Shown here piece by piece: positions 11,089 through 23,094 of a stretch of DNA of 64,000 nt. This DNA is from Chrysemys picta bellii (Eukaryota). The stretch spans positions 149,730,001 to 149,794,000 of the forward strand of contig NC_088791.1 in NCBI RefSeq assembly GCF_011386835.1, read 5' to 3'. Every line of letters begins with the position of its first letter. The first letter of the stretch is position 1. A model generated the notes under the pieces. That model was not told the DNA's origin. It worked only from the letters and a program-made list of their open reading frames with translations, and did not search any database. Position numbers and translations under genes: made by a program.

Positions 11089-12125
11089 TGCTCTAGCCAT
11101 AGATGACTCATGTCTCCCGATCCTGGGGGCGGGGTGGGGACACAAATCTAAAGGGGAGGACACGTGACTGCCCCACATGTCTCCTTTGCCCAGCGACCTC
11201 TGCCCTCTGCTGTCCTGTGCCCAGCCCGGGGCTGCCGCACTCTCCCCAGCCCACCAGAGTTACCTGCTGGGGAGAGGGGAGTCTGTCGTCCTACTGCGAC
11301 CCTCTCTCCCGCCCCCTGGCATGTTCAGCCGCTCTCCCTGGCAGCCGGGCCTGGGCGGGGCACGGAAGGGAGACACTTCTCACGCCAGTTGAAGCTGGCC
11401 TCTCTGAGTCACCGACTCTGTGCAGTGCGGCCGCTCCCTGAGAGCCTGGCTGGGGCGGCAGCCTGCACTACTCCCTCTCTTCCCAGCCCAGCTCAAAATT
11501 TCCCCTCCTTACTCCACTGTTGTACAACTGGCTGTATGCTGGTGGGTTGCTGTTGTCCACCTCAGAGGTGGCTGGATTTCAGCAACTCTGCACAGAGATC
11601 GTTTGTGAAGCTCTTCGGTGACTATCAGGCATGGAAGTTGTAAAATGTGAAAATAGTCACAGGTCCTTTTAGCCAGATAATTTCATATGAACTGTCCAGA
11701 GAACATCCAAGTGAATCAGTGCTGGTTGGGGGCGTTTATTGGGGACTGAAACCACCTGGGAGAAGCTGATGGGTTCAATAATCCCGGATGATAAATAATG
11801 CACAGCAAATGGCCTGGCAGAAATTATTTATTCCTGTTTAAATGTATCGTGTTATGTATACCTGAAGATTATACAATTCTCTCTCCCCCTTGTAGAGGAG
11901 GAGAAGAACTCAGAAGAGACTTTATCAAAGAGCCAGGCTGACAACTCCTCCAATCAAGAGAATCCAGGTGTGTGGCCATCACACTCAGGCCAGAGTTAAG
12001 TGGGGGAAGCAAGGCACATGTGTTGCCTGGCAGTGACTAGGTGCTTGCCAGGGAGGAAGACGTGCATGGCCGTGAAGTGGCCAGTGGAGGGAAATGGTTG
12101 TAAAGTGTTGGGACGGGATGAGGTG
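11089..12125 (+). repeat. Duplication unit R copy 1 (GC-rich MITE fragment, SINE tail and exon)
   Basis: Colinear with 13959-15000 (tgctctagccatagatgactc ... gggatgaggtg). Confidence 0.93.
11896..11967 (+). CDS. Candidate 72-nt phase-1 exon (EEEKNSEETLSKSQADNSSNQENP)
   Basis: Acceptor ttctctctcccccttgtAG, donor CAG|GTGTGT, 24 codons open; flanking introns are homologous to those of exons 1243 and 7366. Confidence 0.62.
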
Positions 12126-13466
12126 CCCATTGCACACACAGGAGAGTAGGACAGAGACACTGTCACAGGAGCTGGGGGAAGGAGGGAGGGGTCTCTGGCT
12201 GGAGAGTCGCTTGTTGTTCACAGGGGAAATGAAGGGAGCCTGAAGGTTGCTGATGTAGCTGGAAGTGAGGACTTTGGGTGAGGACTGGAGACAGATTTTC
12301 TGCAAAAGGAGAATAAAGAGAATTCTCTGTGAGGCTCCTACAGAACAATTTTAGATCTTTATTGTCCAGCCTGCCTCGGGTTGCCCTCTACTCTCGCGTA
12401 ATGACTTGGTTACTTGCTGATGTGCTCCTCCTCTGTGCACACAGGGCACTTGTAGAGCGCCACTTCTCTGCCCATCAGCCTCTGTTTTACCGTTCCATTT
12501 CTAATCATCAGCACGTCCATCCTCAAACACCATCCAAACATTACTGCATAAACCTCGTTATGCCCTTTCAGAGTGGGTGTTATCTCCTCCTTACACCTGG
12601 GAAAACTGAGGCACGGAGTGGTGAAATGGTTTGTCCAGAGCCACACAGGACCCGAGTCTCCACTCACATTGCTGTCAATCAGGAATCACCCTAGTGGTTC
12701 CATGAAAGCTACAAGGGTGAAAATGGGTAGAGAATCAGCCACAGAGTATCACCGAGAGAATAGAACCCAGGAGTCCTGATTCCCAGTCTTGTGCTCAGAA
12801 TACTAGCCTACCCCTCTCTGTCTCAGTCATCTTATGACAATACCGCACTTCCCAGACACCATGTCGGACTAGATGTATGATTGCTGCCCTGCAAATTTCA
12901 GGCAAAATGTAAAAATGAGGGTGACTAGAGCAGTGCTCGGTTAAGCCCTCTTATACCTATAACATCCTCAGCCAGGACAGACTCCTGTGCCCAGATCTTC
13001 AAAGGTATTTAGGCACCTATTTCAGTGGCAGTTGGGAGCATAAATACCTTTCAGGATGTGGGCCTTGGTGCTCTCTTGAAGGCTAAGTGGGGGGTTGGTG
13101 GTTGTGCTGTTCACACTGAAAGAGTCACAAGGGTTTTGAACAGCTGGCTGGGGGACACAGCAAGCCGCTAGGCCCCCGGCTGGAAGCTGCAGTAAGCAAC
13201 AAGCCCTGGGAAAAGGGCTGAGGGGGAAGAGGAGCACTGCTACCTTTTGGAGTAGCAGTAAGGGGTGCATTTTAGCACACTATGCTTCAGCTCTCCCATG
13301 ACCCATCCTGCTCTGTACCAGGAAGACGCCAACTAGCCACTACCCCTCTGTTCCCCCAGTGCTCCTTGGATAGGTTAGGAAAGCATTTTACCCCCTAAAT
13401 GATGACCATGAATGATGTGTGTAATAATTGGTGCTAACTCCAATTCGCTCGCATCTTATTTTTCAG

Positions 13467-13502
13467 ACTATGAAAATATCTCAAAGGAGAATCAGAAGCC
13501 AG
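13467..13502 (+). CDS. Candidate 36-nt phase-1 exon with tyrosine motif (DYENISKENQKP)
   Basis: Branch point GCTAAC at 13433-13438, acceptor catcttatttttcAG, donor CAG|GTATGG, 12 codons open. Confidence 0.68.
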
Positions 13503-13958
13503 GTATGGAAAAGTACAGGAACGTTTTAGACCCCAGTATGATCACGTGTGGGGAAAGTACGTTGGGTTGCTAGAGTCGGTCCACAGCTAAAAGCTCCAAA
13601 CATCCCTGAACGTTCAAGACCATACATGTGACATGTGCACATATCTCCTCAGGTTATAGTACTCACGGTTGGCGTGGCTTTTCAGTGGTAAATGCTGTCT
13701 GATGGAGGCGTGTCTCATAGGTGCCAAATAGCCCTAAATGTTGGAGCTGTAGATAGCAGATTAACACAGATATCCATATAAGGACTGGGATTGGTTGGCA
13801 AATCAGTGGTTGTAGATGAAGTGGTTAAACCTCGGCTTCTCAGGTTCCAATTCCAGATTAAATCATGAATCAGGGATGGAATTCACTAAAAGTTGCACCT
13901 TTCAGTACTTGACCATGTTGTGTTTCACGGTTAGGCTGGCTCAGTTTGGTAACAGTAT

Positions 13959-15000
13959 TGCTCTAGCCATAGATGACTCGTACCTCCTGATACTGGGGGG
14001 CGGGATGGGGACACAAATCTAAAAGGGGGGGGGGGACACGTGACCACCCCACATGTCTCCTTTGCCCAACAACCTCCGCCCTCGCCTGCCCTGTGCCCAG
14101 CCCGAGGCCGCTGCGTTCTCCCTACCCCACCAGTGTTACCTGCGAGGGAGAGGGGACTCTGTCCTCTCACTGCGTCTCCGCCTCTCTCAGTCCCCCAGCA
14201 TGTTCAGCCGCTCTCCCTGGCAGCTGGGCCTGGGCAGGGTGCGGGGGGGAGACGCTTCTCACGCCAGCTGAAGCTGGCTACTCTGAGTCGCTGACTCTGT
14301 GCAGTGCGGCTGCTCCCTGAGAGCCTGGCTGGGGCGGCAGCCTGCACTACTCCCTCTCCTCCCAGCCCAGCTCAAAATTTCCCCTCCTTACTCCACTGTT
14401 GTACAACTGTCTGTATGCTGGTGGGTTGCTGTTGTCCACCCCAGAGGTGGCTGCGTTTCAGCAGCTCTGCACAGAGATCCTTTGTGAAGCTATTCAGGGA
14501 CTATCGGGCATGGAAGTTGTAAAATGTGAAAATATTCACAGCTCTTTTTAGCCAGATAATTTCATGTGAACTGTACAGAGAACATCCAAGTGAATCAGTG
14601 CTGGTTGGGGGTGTTTGTTGGGGACTTAAACCACCTGGGAGAAGCTGATGGGTTCAATAATCCCAGATGATATATAATGCACAGCAAATGGCCTGGCAGA
14701 AATTACTTAATCCTGTTGAAATGTATCATGTTATGTACACCTGAAGTTTATACAATTATCTCTCCCCCTTGTAGAGGAAGAGAAGAACTCGAGCCTAAAT
14801 CAATGAACCTGCCTGATCCTCGCTCCAATCAAGAGAATCCAGGTTTGTGGCCATCACACTCAGGCCAGAGTTAAGTGGGGGAAGTGAGGCACATGTGCTG
14901 CCTGGCAATGACTAGCTGCTTGCCAAGGAAGAAGATGTGCATGGCTGTGAAGTGGCCAGTGGAGTGAAATGGTTGTGAAGTGTTGGGAGGGGATGAGGTG
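13959..15000 (+). repeat. Duplication unit R copy 2
   Basis: Colinear with 11089-12125. Confidence 0.93.
14775..14842 (+). pseudogene. Frameshifted 68-nt copy of exon 11896-11967 (pseudo-exon or truncating exon, EEEKNSSLNQ*)
   Basis: Acceptor intact (tctcccccttgtAG); net 4 nt shorter than its paralog; TGA at 14804-14806 in the phase-1 frame; donor changed to GTTTGT. Confidence 0.6.
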
Positions 15001-16044
15001 ACTCAGGTATTGAATTCACTAGAAGTTCTTTCAGTGCTTGAACATGTTGCATTGCATTGTTGGGCTGGCTCAATTTGGTAACAATATTGTTCTCCCTCTA
15101 AAGAGTGCAGACTGAAAACCTGCCCTGGGAAAGGGGCATGGCGTGATGTGATATTAGGACATGAGAGCTTTGTGCCAAAATGTTTTAGTTAATACAAACA
15201 GCAACCAATTTTAAACAGTCTGGGGGGAAAAAGCACTCTTCTAATGATTGGGTTTCACTTCCATGGTGTCTATGATGCCATAATCCTACAAATTCTTCCA
15301 CCTGAATGTGCCATGTAAATTAACATGTGGAATTAAAAAAAAAAATCAGGCCCCCATTATACATCATAATGAAGTGAGAAAGGGCACAAACTTGTTACAC
15401 ACTCTGGAAAGTAATTATTTTAAAAGATTATGAAACTACCAAGTAACTGGCATGTACTTTCACTGTAATTCTTTTCTACAGCCTGTTTATTTCTGTGCAA
15501 TTGCTGAAGATTGTTCCCAGGCGAATCAAAGAGAAGGGTAGGCTGCTTAGCAAAGAAAGAGCAGTTACTCTTTATCCATACCAATAACCTGGGTTTCAGC
15601 AAGGAGTGGAGAAACAGGAATGAGAGGAGGTTTAAGGGTTATTGGTGTTTTTTTTTTTTTTTTATGTGCAATCTGTTATAAATGTGTGGTGCTTCATAAA
15701 GCAGCATTCCAAAAGTTTAATAACAGCTCTTTACAATTCTGTGGCACCTTAGATTAGACTCAGATGAGGCAGACAGTGTGTCTGGGAATCAGTGCACAGA
15801 ACTGGGAATCAGGAGACCTGGGTTCTCTTCCTGACTATCACTTGCTCACTGTGTGATCTTATTAGGTAGGTTACTACTTCTATGTGTGCCTCACACTCCC
15901 AGTCTGTAAAATGGGGATAATAAAATGATCTTTATGAAATGCTTAGAGAACCTCCAGTGAAAGAGGAAATATAAATATAAAGTATTATGATAGATCCTGG
16001 CTCCTAGTCCAGTGCATTAGCCATGCTATACTCTCCCTTTTCTT

Positions 16045-16340
16045 TGGGTACATCTATGGTGCAGCTGGAGGTGTAATTTCCAGCTCGGATAAACATGCGT
16101 TCACTTGCTTTGATCGATTTAGCTAGCTAAAAATAGAGTGCACCTGCGGTGGCCTGGGCGGTGGCCTGGACTAGACTCCTGAGTACAGTCCTGTCTGAGA
16201 GCCTACCTACGTACTCGGGGCAGCTAACCCGTCTCTCCGCCTACATGGCCACAGCTGTGTTGCTATTTTTTAGTGTGCTAGGTCAATCGGAGCTCTTGAG
16301 CTCAATCATATCTCCCCGAGCTGGAAAGATACATCGCCAG
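16045..16340. mobile_element. Harbinger-type MITE (degenerate GGGTATGTCTACAC-like TIRs)
   Basis: gggtacatctatggtgcagctgg ... ccagctgcagtggagacatcacc. Related MITEs at ~17898-18196, ~46790-47112, ~58012-58300, ~59890-60070, ~63179-63305. Confidence 0.6.
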
Positions 16341-17734
16341 CTGCAGTGGAGACATCACCTTAGAAGTTTTAGAAAGAGAAATCTCATCTTCACCACACTA
16401 AGTGATGGCTTGAGAACATTGCTGGAAAAGGGGTGCTGGTGAGCTCCATGAAAGTTGCCAAGCAGACTTAGAAAGGAATGTATTTATTTTCCTTGTTTTT
16501 TGCAAAGCATGAATCAAAAACCAAATCTGTACCATAAGCAATATGACATCACCTAAATAAGGCATGTCAATAATCCAGTAAAATCTCTTCCCTTCAGTTC
16601 TACTTTCATGCACTTTGACACACTTCGGGCCTGATTTTTTTTCTTTTCAGATGTGCTGAGCACCTCAGCTCCCATTGAATGTTGGTTGAGTTGCTGGTAA
16701 TCAGCACTTCTGAAAATCTGGCCCTAGTTGGGAACCTAAAAATTGAAGCATCTAAACTTAGTGGCCACTTTTTAAAATGTAAGCCAAAGTGACTTGCCAA
16801 AGTTACATGTAAAGTCTGTGACAGACCCAGAAACAGAATCCAGATTTCTTGACACCCATAACCACAAAACTTGCTTTCCTCTTTTGATATTGGATACCAA
16901 TCCCTTAGCATTCATTGAATGACACATCTGACTATACAAACTAGGTAACAAGAAAGTGTAACAAGCACATAAATTGAATGAAACCGCTTTAAAAGCAATG
17001 GGCCAGATCTCAGTTTGGTATAAATCAGCACAGTTCTACTGAAGCCATCAGGGAGTGTCTGGCCCAGCTGCTGGGATCCTGCCCTGACTAGAGGGAGCTG
17101 CACCTGAAGGTATGATGGGGATGTAACAGGGCAGACCAGTGGTATGTTCCAAGAACTATCCTGCCAGTGCTGTGCATAATAGTTGAGGTTGTGGTCGTGC
17201 ATTGTCTTGCACATTTTAATACTCCTTCAGGGGCTGATCCAACTCTTAGTAAAGTCATTGGAAAGATTCCTGCTGTCACCGGTGATAGTTGGATGGGTCC
17301 TTAAAGGGCAGTTGGAATCTCCTGTCTCTGTGACTCTATCTTTTGTTAAGCCAGTCACATGCTCTTGTTATGAGTAGCTTGTTTTCACGAACCTCCTTCA
17401 AAGTCTCATCTCTTTTTCCTTTGGGTAGAGTAGCACCCCCCCACCCCCCAGCCTTCCTGAATGCTGGCCTCTTCAGTCAGTGTCTTACACCTGGGCATCA
17501 ACTCTGATGGGTTCGGGTTTTTGTGCAGTCAGGTTACATTAATGTAGAGCACTAATGAGTCAGGGCTGGTTAATTTACTGCCCTGCCTTTCCACTCAATG
17601 CAAGTGAGCTATGTAGCAGTGCACCGAAACAAACATGTCCCACACATCACAAAATCGCTGTTTAGGTTGCTACTAAACCAGGTTTCCGTGGGATGCTATC
17701 CCATGTGTCACATTTTTTATCCCTTTTTACGCAG

Positions 17735-17769
17735 GAGTTCCTGAGAGTAAAGAAAGAGTATACCATTAA
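17735..17769 (+). CDS. Candidate terminal coding exon (GVPESKERVYH*)
   Basis: Acceptor cacattttttatccctttttacgcAG; phase-1 frame joins exon 13467-13502 and ends at TAA 17767-17769; AATAAA at 18048-18053. Confidence 0.52.
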
Positions 17770-18047
17770 AAAAAAAAAAAAAAATTGCCTTCCCAGTCTT
17801 ATTAAGAACACTTCAGAGTTTCAGGTTTTAGTAATCAAGGTTCTCTTCTCCATTTACGTTGGTGGTTTGTTTTTTGCATTTTACTCCATTTGGACAAGGG
17901 CTTGTCTCCATTAGAAAGCCTTCATGCTTTAACTATACTGGCATAGTTAAAGTGGGCAAAAAACCAAAACAGATCCTTTATGTGGATTCACTTATACCCG
18001 TATAAAAGAGCTCATACTGGTATAGTTTATTCTGGTTCACAAAGCAA

Positions 18048-18053
18048 AATAAA
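18048..18053 (+). terminator. Candidate polyadenylation signal AATAAA for the host gene
   Basis: AATAAA ~280 nt downstream of the putative stop; it lies inside a MITE, so the assignment is tentative. Confidence 0.3.
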
Positions 18054-19179
18054 TGATATTGGTATCAGGCACCTTTATCTGTGCATAACTGCATCCACGA
18101 ACAGGCTTATACTGGGTCTACTATATTAGTAAAGAATCAGCCTCCTAATCAATAGTTATTCCAGTAAAACTTTTCTAGTGTAGAACATGTCCAAGAACAA
18201 ACTAATGAGTTTCACTCATATATCTAATTAGTATCACATTCTGATGGTCAGGCACCAATCCAAAGCCACAGTGCTTGGGGCTGAAAACACTGAGCCCTGG
18301 TCCACACGCACAAGTTTTGCTGGCTGGCAGGAAGGTGAGAAAATCACACACCCTAAATGACATAACTCTGCTGGCAAAAACCCTAGTGTAGATGCGGTTA
18401 TACTGGCACGTTCCTTTTGCCTGTATAGCTTGTTTCATTCAGGGACTTGTTATAAGCTGCGTCTCCACTAGTAGGATTTGCCAATATTGGTAGATCTGTC
18501 CAGCTATGCTAGCAAACCCTTTCTAGTGTATATAAGGGGGAGATGCAAGTTATTTCACAAAGTATTTGTATTAACACTAGGTTTTGTAATAGCTACAACT
18601 AAAGCCTAAATGTGAGCTCTAAACAGCCTGACAGTGTCCCAGAACATGTAACTCTGCTCTTACTCAGGTGAACTCCCATTGACTCTGTCTCAATGAGACC
18701 TGAGTAAAAATCTGAATAAGTTGCTCAGTATTTAGCCCTTGAGTCGTATTTATATAGCACCATATAGATACATGGGGCTCTCCAAAAACATGGGAAGAAA
18801 AGGGCTCTGCTGCATTTTCGACAGAAACGGTGCAAACAGTTAAAGATCAGGTACTAGATGGGAATAGTCTGGGAGTGGATCAAAAACACTGAGGTTTAAA
18901 AAGGTGTTGCTGAGTTCATAGTAGAGGGTTGCACTGTTTTTATTGTATTGGTATAGTTCAAGTGTGTGTGTGTACAAGCCTTGAGTACTGTGGTATGTTT
19001 TTTTTATAAGGGTTTCTCCCTTCCCATGACATTGATAGTACATTAAAGCTTCCTAGGCTCCACAGGAATCTGGGTGGAGGGGCTATCAGAAATATGCAGA
19101 GTTTTCTCTTCTATTTAATACCAACCAAGCCGTGTTTGCTGGAGACCGAGGGAGCAGTCAAAAGGGAGGCTTAGGAGGA

Positions 19180-19430
19180 TAGCTAGTGAGGGGGAATAGA
19201 GAGAAATGAGAGTGAAGGTGTAGGCAGGGCTGAAACAGAGGCCTGGAAGTTGAACTACATTTGAGTGTAGACCAGGCCTAAGTGAGGGACAGGGTGAGAA
19301 ACCTGAATTTGATGCACACGAAGAGAGGCAGCAGTGTGACACTCTGAGGCAGGCCAGTGACATGGTCCAAGTGGCTGGAAGGGGAAGCTGATCTAAGCAG
19401 TGGCATTTTGGATCAGCTAGACGGGGACCC
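19180..19430 (-). mobile_element. Degenerate L2-like LINE fragment
   Basis: gaatttgatgcacacgaagagaggcagcagtg...gtgacatggtcc resembles reverse-strand L2 3' ORF2 remnants. Confidence 0.4.
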
Positions 19431-21027
19431 AGAGGCTGTCAGTGAGCCTGATGTGTGAGGCTGAAGCCGTAAGTTTTTGTGAGGTTTGCTGGCTATTGCT
19501 AGATCATGGGCTATTATGATTTTCTTTTCTATACAGGATGCTCTATTTGGCCATTGGGGTTTGCCATGGTGTTTGAGCCATGTTCAGGGGTTTGGGGATT
19601 TGTAATATACAATTGCATTATTTGTATTTGCATTATTGTTACATCTCACCACAGAGGAACGAATCAGTAGCAGCAGCATTTGATTCAGTGCTGTTCACAG
19701 GCTGTGTGACCTGTCAGAACTACCTAGGGGAGTGTAAGAACTGACCCTGTCTGTCACAGCTGTAGGCAGGAGACGTGCATTAGTTCCATGTTTGGAGGGG
19801 ATCTTCACCCTACCATTTGGGCCTTGAGAAAACATCCGACACCAGAAACACCAAGTCTGAGGTTCCCACGTTGTTGTTTTGTTACTTTGCTCTGTCACCT
19901 TCTTTTGTCCTGTGTTCAGACTGGCCTCATTGGACATGACAAGAGCAGACAAAGCTGCTATGGATCTGGGATACAAACTTTTGCAAAGAAAATAATTTAA
20001 AATGTTCCCTTTTGAAATTTTGCCCTGGCGGTCTCACCTTTCCGGGGGGAAGGGGGGGAATTTCCCTTATCTAAATAACCACAGTCCCCACCAATGCCAA
20101 ACCACCCACCCATACAGTCGGATAACATCTCAGACACAGGCTACTTTGGAAATGTAACAAACACAGGAGTTACTTCCCCTTATTCAATGTAGCGTAACTG
20201 AGCTCAACAAAAAAGTACCAGTGCAACTGTAGAGTTGTGCCAGCTGCTTCAGGTCTCTAGACTAGCTCCCCTGCTGGGGTCTGGAGTGGGTGGAAATGGT
20301 ACTGGGCTGAGATTTGGGGTGGGAGGAATGGTGCCCTGGGAGGAGAGGCACAGTCTGCCTTGGTGCCTACAGACTGGTCTCCCCGTGTTGCTGGTGTCCG
20401 GTGCACTAAGAAGGAAGTGTTGACTTAAGTGGCAGTGAAGTATCCCTTCTGAAAATCAGCCTGGTTTTATTTAGATGCCCATCACATGACGTAAATACTT
20501 TAGATATTCTGTCTTGACACTTTTTCATTATAATTTCTCTGTCCCTCAATTTCCTTGTCTGTAAAATGATGATATTTACCTGCCTTAGGAAAGCTCTGAG
20601 ATCCTCAGATGAAAGACGCTTCAGAAATGCATAATGTTACCATAGGGAAAAAAATCCTGCAGCATTATACCCAGGAGCGACACCGAGTATCAGCTGATGC
20701 TGCTACTAACATAAACCAAAGATGACATAGCAAAATGCTACAGTATCTTCTTAATTCATATTTATTGTTTGCTAGTGTTTATAATCTGCAGTGGTCTTGG
20801 GTAACTGATAAAACATTGCAAACTAAAATAAAAAATATAATGAATTCATCTTTTATTCCAGATCTTAAACTGGAAAGTGAGACAGACTAACAATGCTATG
20901 GACTAAATTCCATTGCGGAGTGACAAAAGACCCTGGGAGAAGAAATATCTTGTGGCTGTCGCCCACGAGTGCTGGAGTTCTCCCTAACAGATGTGTTTTG
21001 AAGATTCATTTATTTGTTCTCAAGCTT

Positions 21028-21180
21028 CATTGACTATCACAGTTGGAAGGGACGGCAGAAGATCATCTAGTCCAACCCCGTGCTCAAAGCAGGACCCATC
21101 CCCAAATCGCCCACTCAAGGATTGAGCTCACAACCCTGGGTTCAGCAGGCCAATGCTCAAACCACTGAACTATCCCTTCC
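21028..21180 (-). mobile_element. Tortoise-type Pol III SINE (tRNA-derived head, CR1-derived tail)
   Basis: Minus strand gggatagttcagtggtttgagcattggcctgctgaacccagggttgtgagctcaatccttgag (A/B boxes), then ggggttggactagatgatct..cccttccaac (CR1 3' end). Confidence 0.85.
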
Positions 21181-21700
21181 ACCAATGCCCACTTTTATCT
21201 TTCCAGGTCAGATGTCCTCTTTCTTCGATGTCAGTTATTTTGAAAATGGACAGAGTGAGTCAAGGAGCAAATCCTTTTGCATCCGTGCTCCTTTTTGTAC
21301 TTTTGTTTTACAAGCAAGCAAACATGAAACATAGGAGCCAGGTTTATTTATGCCAATATTTCCAGACATTAACTAACAGACGTGAATGTGGACAAATCAA
21401 AAACTAATGGACATGATATAAAACTCTAACTGTAACATTATTTAAATTCAGAAGAGAAGAGCGTTCAAGGGCAACTCTCATTTTCTCCACCTCCCTATCT
21501 GAAAGAAAAGGCCATAACAACACTGTCCATGAATAGATCAGCAACAGCTTTCCTGGCTCTTGTTTCTATCTGTCCTTCCAGAAAGCACCACCATCACACT
21601 CCACCACCACCACCAAATTCTGATTTTTTTTGAATAGCAAAAGGCAGGCACACCTTCTTGCTCAATGGAGATGGTATCAACTCTGCTATGTACTCTAGCC

Positions 21701-21993
21701 CAGCGGTTCTCAAACTGTCGGTTGGGCTCAGAAGTGGGTCACGACCCTATTTTAATGGGGTCGCCAGGGCTGGCGTTAGACTTGCTGGGGCCCAGGGCTG
21801 AAGCCAAAGTCTGCGCCCCTCCGCCCAGGAGGGGGGCTGAAGCCAAAGCCCGAGGGCTTCGGCCCTGGGCAGCAGGGCTCAAGTTACAGTGTCTCTCCCC
21901 CCACCCCACACACACACCCAAGGAGGCAGGGCTCAGGCTTCGGTTTTTGTTGTCAGAAGGGGGTCGCGATGCAATGACGTTTGAGAACCCCTG
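21701..21993. mobile_element. hAT MITE
   Basis: TIRs CAGCGGTTCTCAAAC / GTTTGAGAACCCCTG; TSD not preserved. Confidence 0.75.
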
Positions 21994-22218
21994 TTAGACA
22001 AACAATGTATCCTCAGATTCTAGGGTAAGTGTCGAGCAATTGCATCTGTGGCACCCACAATTGTGTCAAAACAGCTGATTTAAAAGCATCAGCACAGACA
22101 CTTCATTCACTATCAGAAGGAGATTATCAACCAATGAAATCACTACAGTCTCTGTGCCAAACCCAGGTCTCAAACTGGTGTGACCAGAGTCAAGGCAATT
22201 GGAGGACTCCATCTCCTC

Positions 22219-22326
22219 AATATATGTTCCACTCTATATGCATCCGAAGAAGTGGGATGTAGCCCACGAAAGCTTATGCTCTAATAAATTTGTTAGTCTC
22301 TAAGGTGCCACAAGTACTCCTGTTCA
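22219..22326 (+). mobile_element. Penelope-like element terminal fragment
   Basis: Same family as 60758-61086, 50966-51077 and 39890-39967 (..gaaagcttatgct..ttagtctctaaggtgccacaagtactcc). Confidence 0.75.
22240..22279 (+). ncRNA. Minimal type I hammerhead ribozyme-like motif (U4C variant core)
   Basis: GCAT-CCGAAGA-a-GTGGG-atgtag-CCCAC-GAA-AGCT-T-ATGC: stem I GCAT/ATGC, stem II GTGGG/CCCAC, palindromic AGCT in place of stem III. Confidence 0.6.
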
Positions 22327-23094
22327 TTTTTCCCTTTGTAATCTTCTTCCCAAAGAAGGAAACCATTAACAGTCACTTTCTTAAGAAATAGTGGCACCCA
22401 CTTGCATTGGTCCCTCCAACTGGATGTTGTGCAAAAAGTAAAGAAACAGCAACTGACCGGGAGAAATGCATTTAATATTGTTTCATTTTATTACTCTAAA
22501 ATGTTTTTAGTAACACCGATAAAGAATTTTTATAAATAAGGCCAGATTTATTGGTATGTTCCAGCTGCTTTGCATTATAGCCCATGAGCTTTAACTTGAC
22601 AACGAACCAAATTAGTGTCCAAATTGATATGATATTGAAGTCATAAGAGAAAGTCAAACTCATAGTGCAGACCTAGGTTATCCTTTCCTATAAGCAAGAC
22701 TTTCAACTGCTAACGTTCTAGGAAAAGTACACATCTTACCTTTCATGCCATTAAGGTGCCCAAGTTTAATAACGAGATTGTTTGATGCACTCCTTTGTGA
22801 TTATAGAGCTGGTTACTTACTTAATGCTCACCCATTTTTGCACGACACTTGAAAATCTATAGATGCTATACAGGAATTAGATATTATCCCCCTTTTACAG
22901 ATGGGAAAAGAGAGGCAAAAAAGTTAAAATTCTGTATTTTCCAAAGACCCCACAAATTTAGGGTGCCCTTTTGAGATACGTGGGGCTTAATATTTCAGAC
23001 ATGCTGAGCACCCACAACTCTCACTTCAGCATCTCTGCCTGTCAGGGCTTTGATGTATGAAGTTAGGGACCCAAAAAATCTACGTACTTTTGGG

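Noticed and set aside
1-15000. CRISPR-like or prokaryotic repeat arrays
   Set aside because: Repeats are kilobase-scale segmental duplications or TE copies; there is no regular repeat-spacer pattern and the DNA is eukaryotic.
15482-15537. Exon candidate after cttttctacAG
   Set aside because: Stop in the phase-1 frame and 56-nt length; does not fit the array.
19920-19995. Exon after strong acceptor tgtcaccttcttttgtcctgtgttcAG (phase-2 frame LASLDMTRADKAAMDLGYKLLQRK*)
   Set aside because: Phase is incompatible with the phase-1 array, and there is no donor or independent support.
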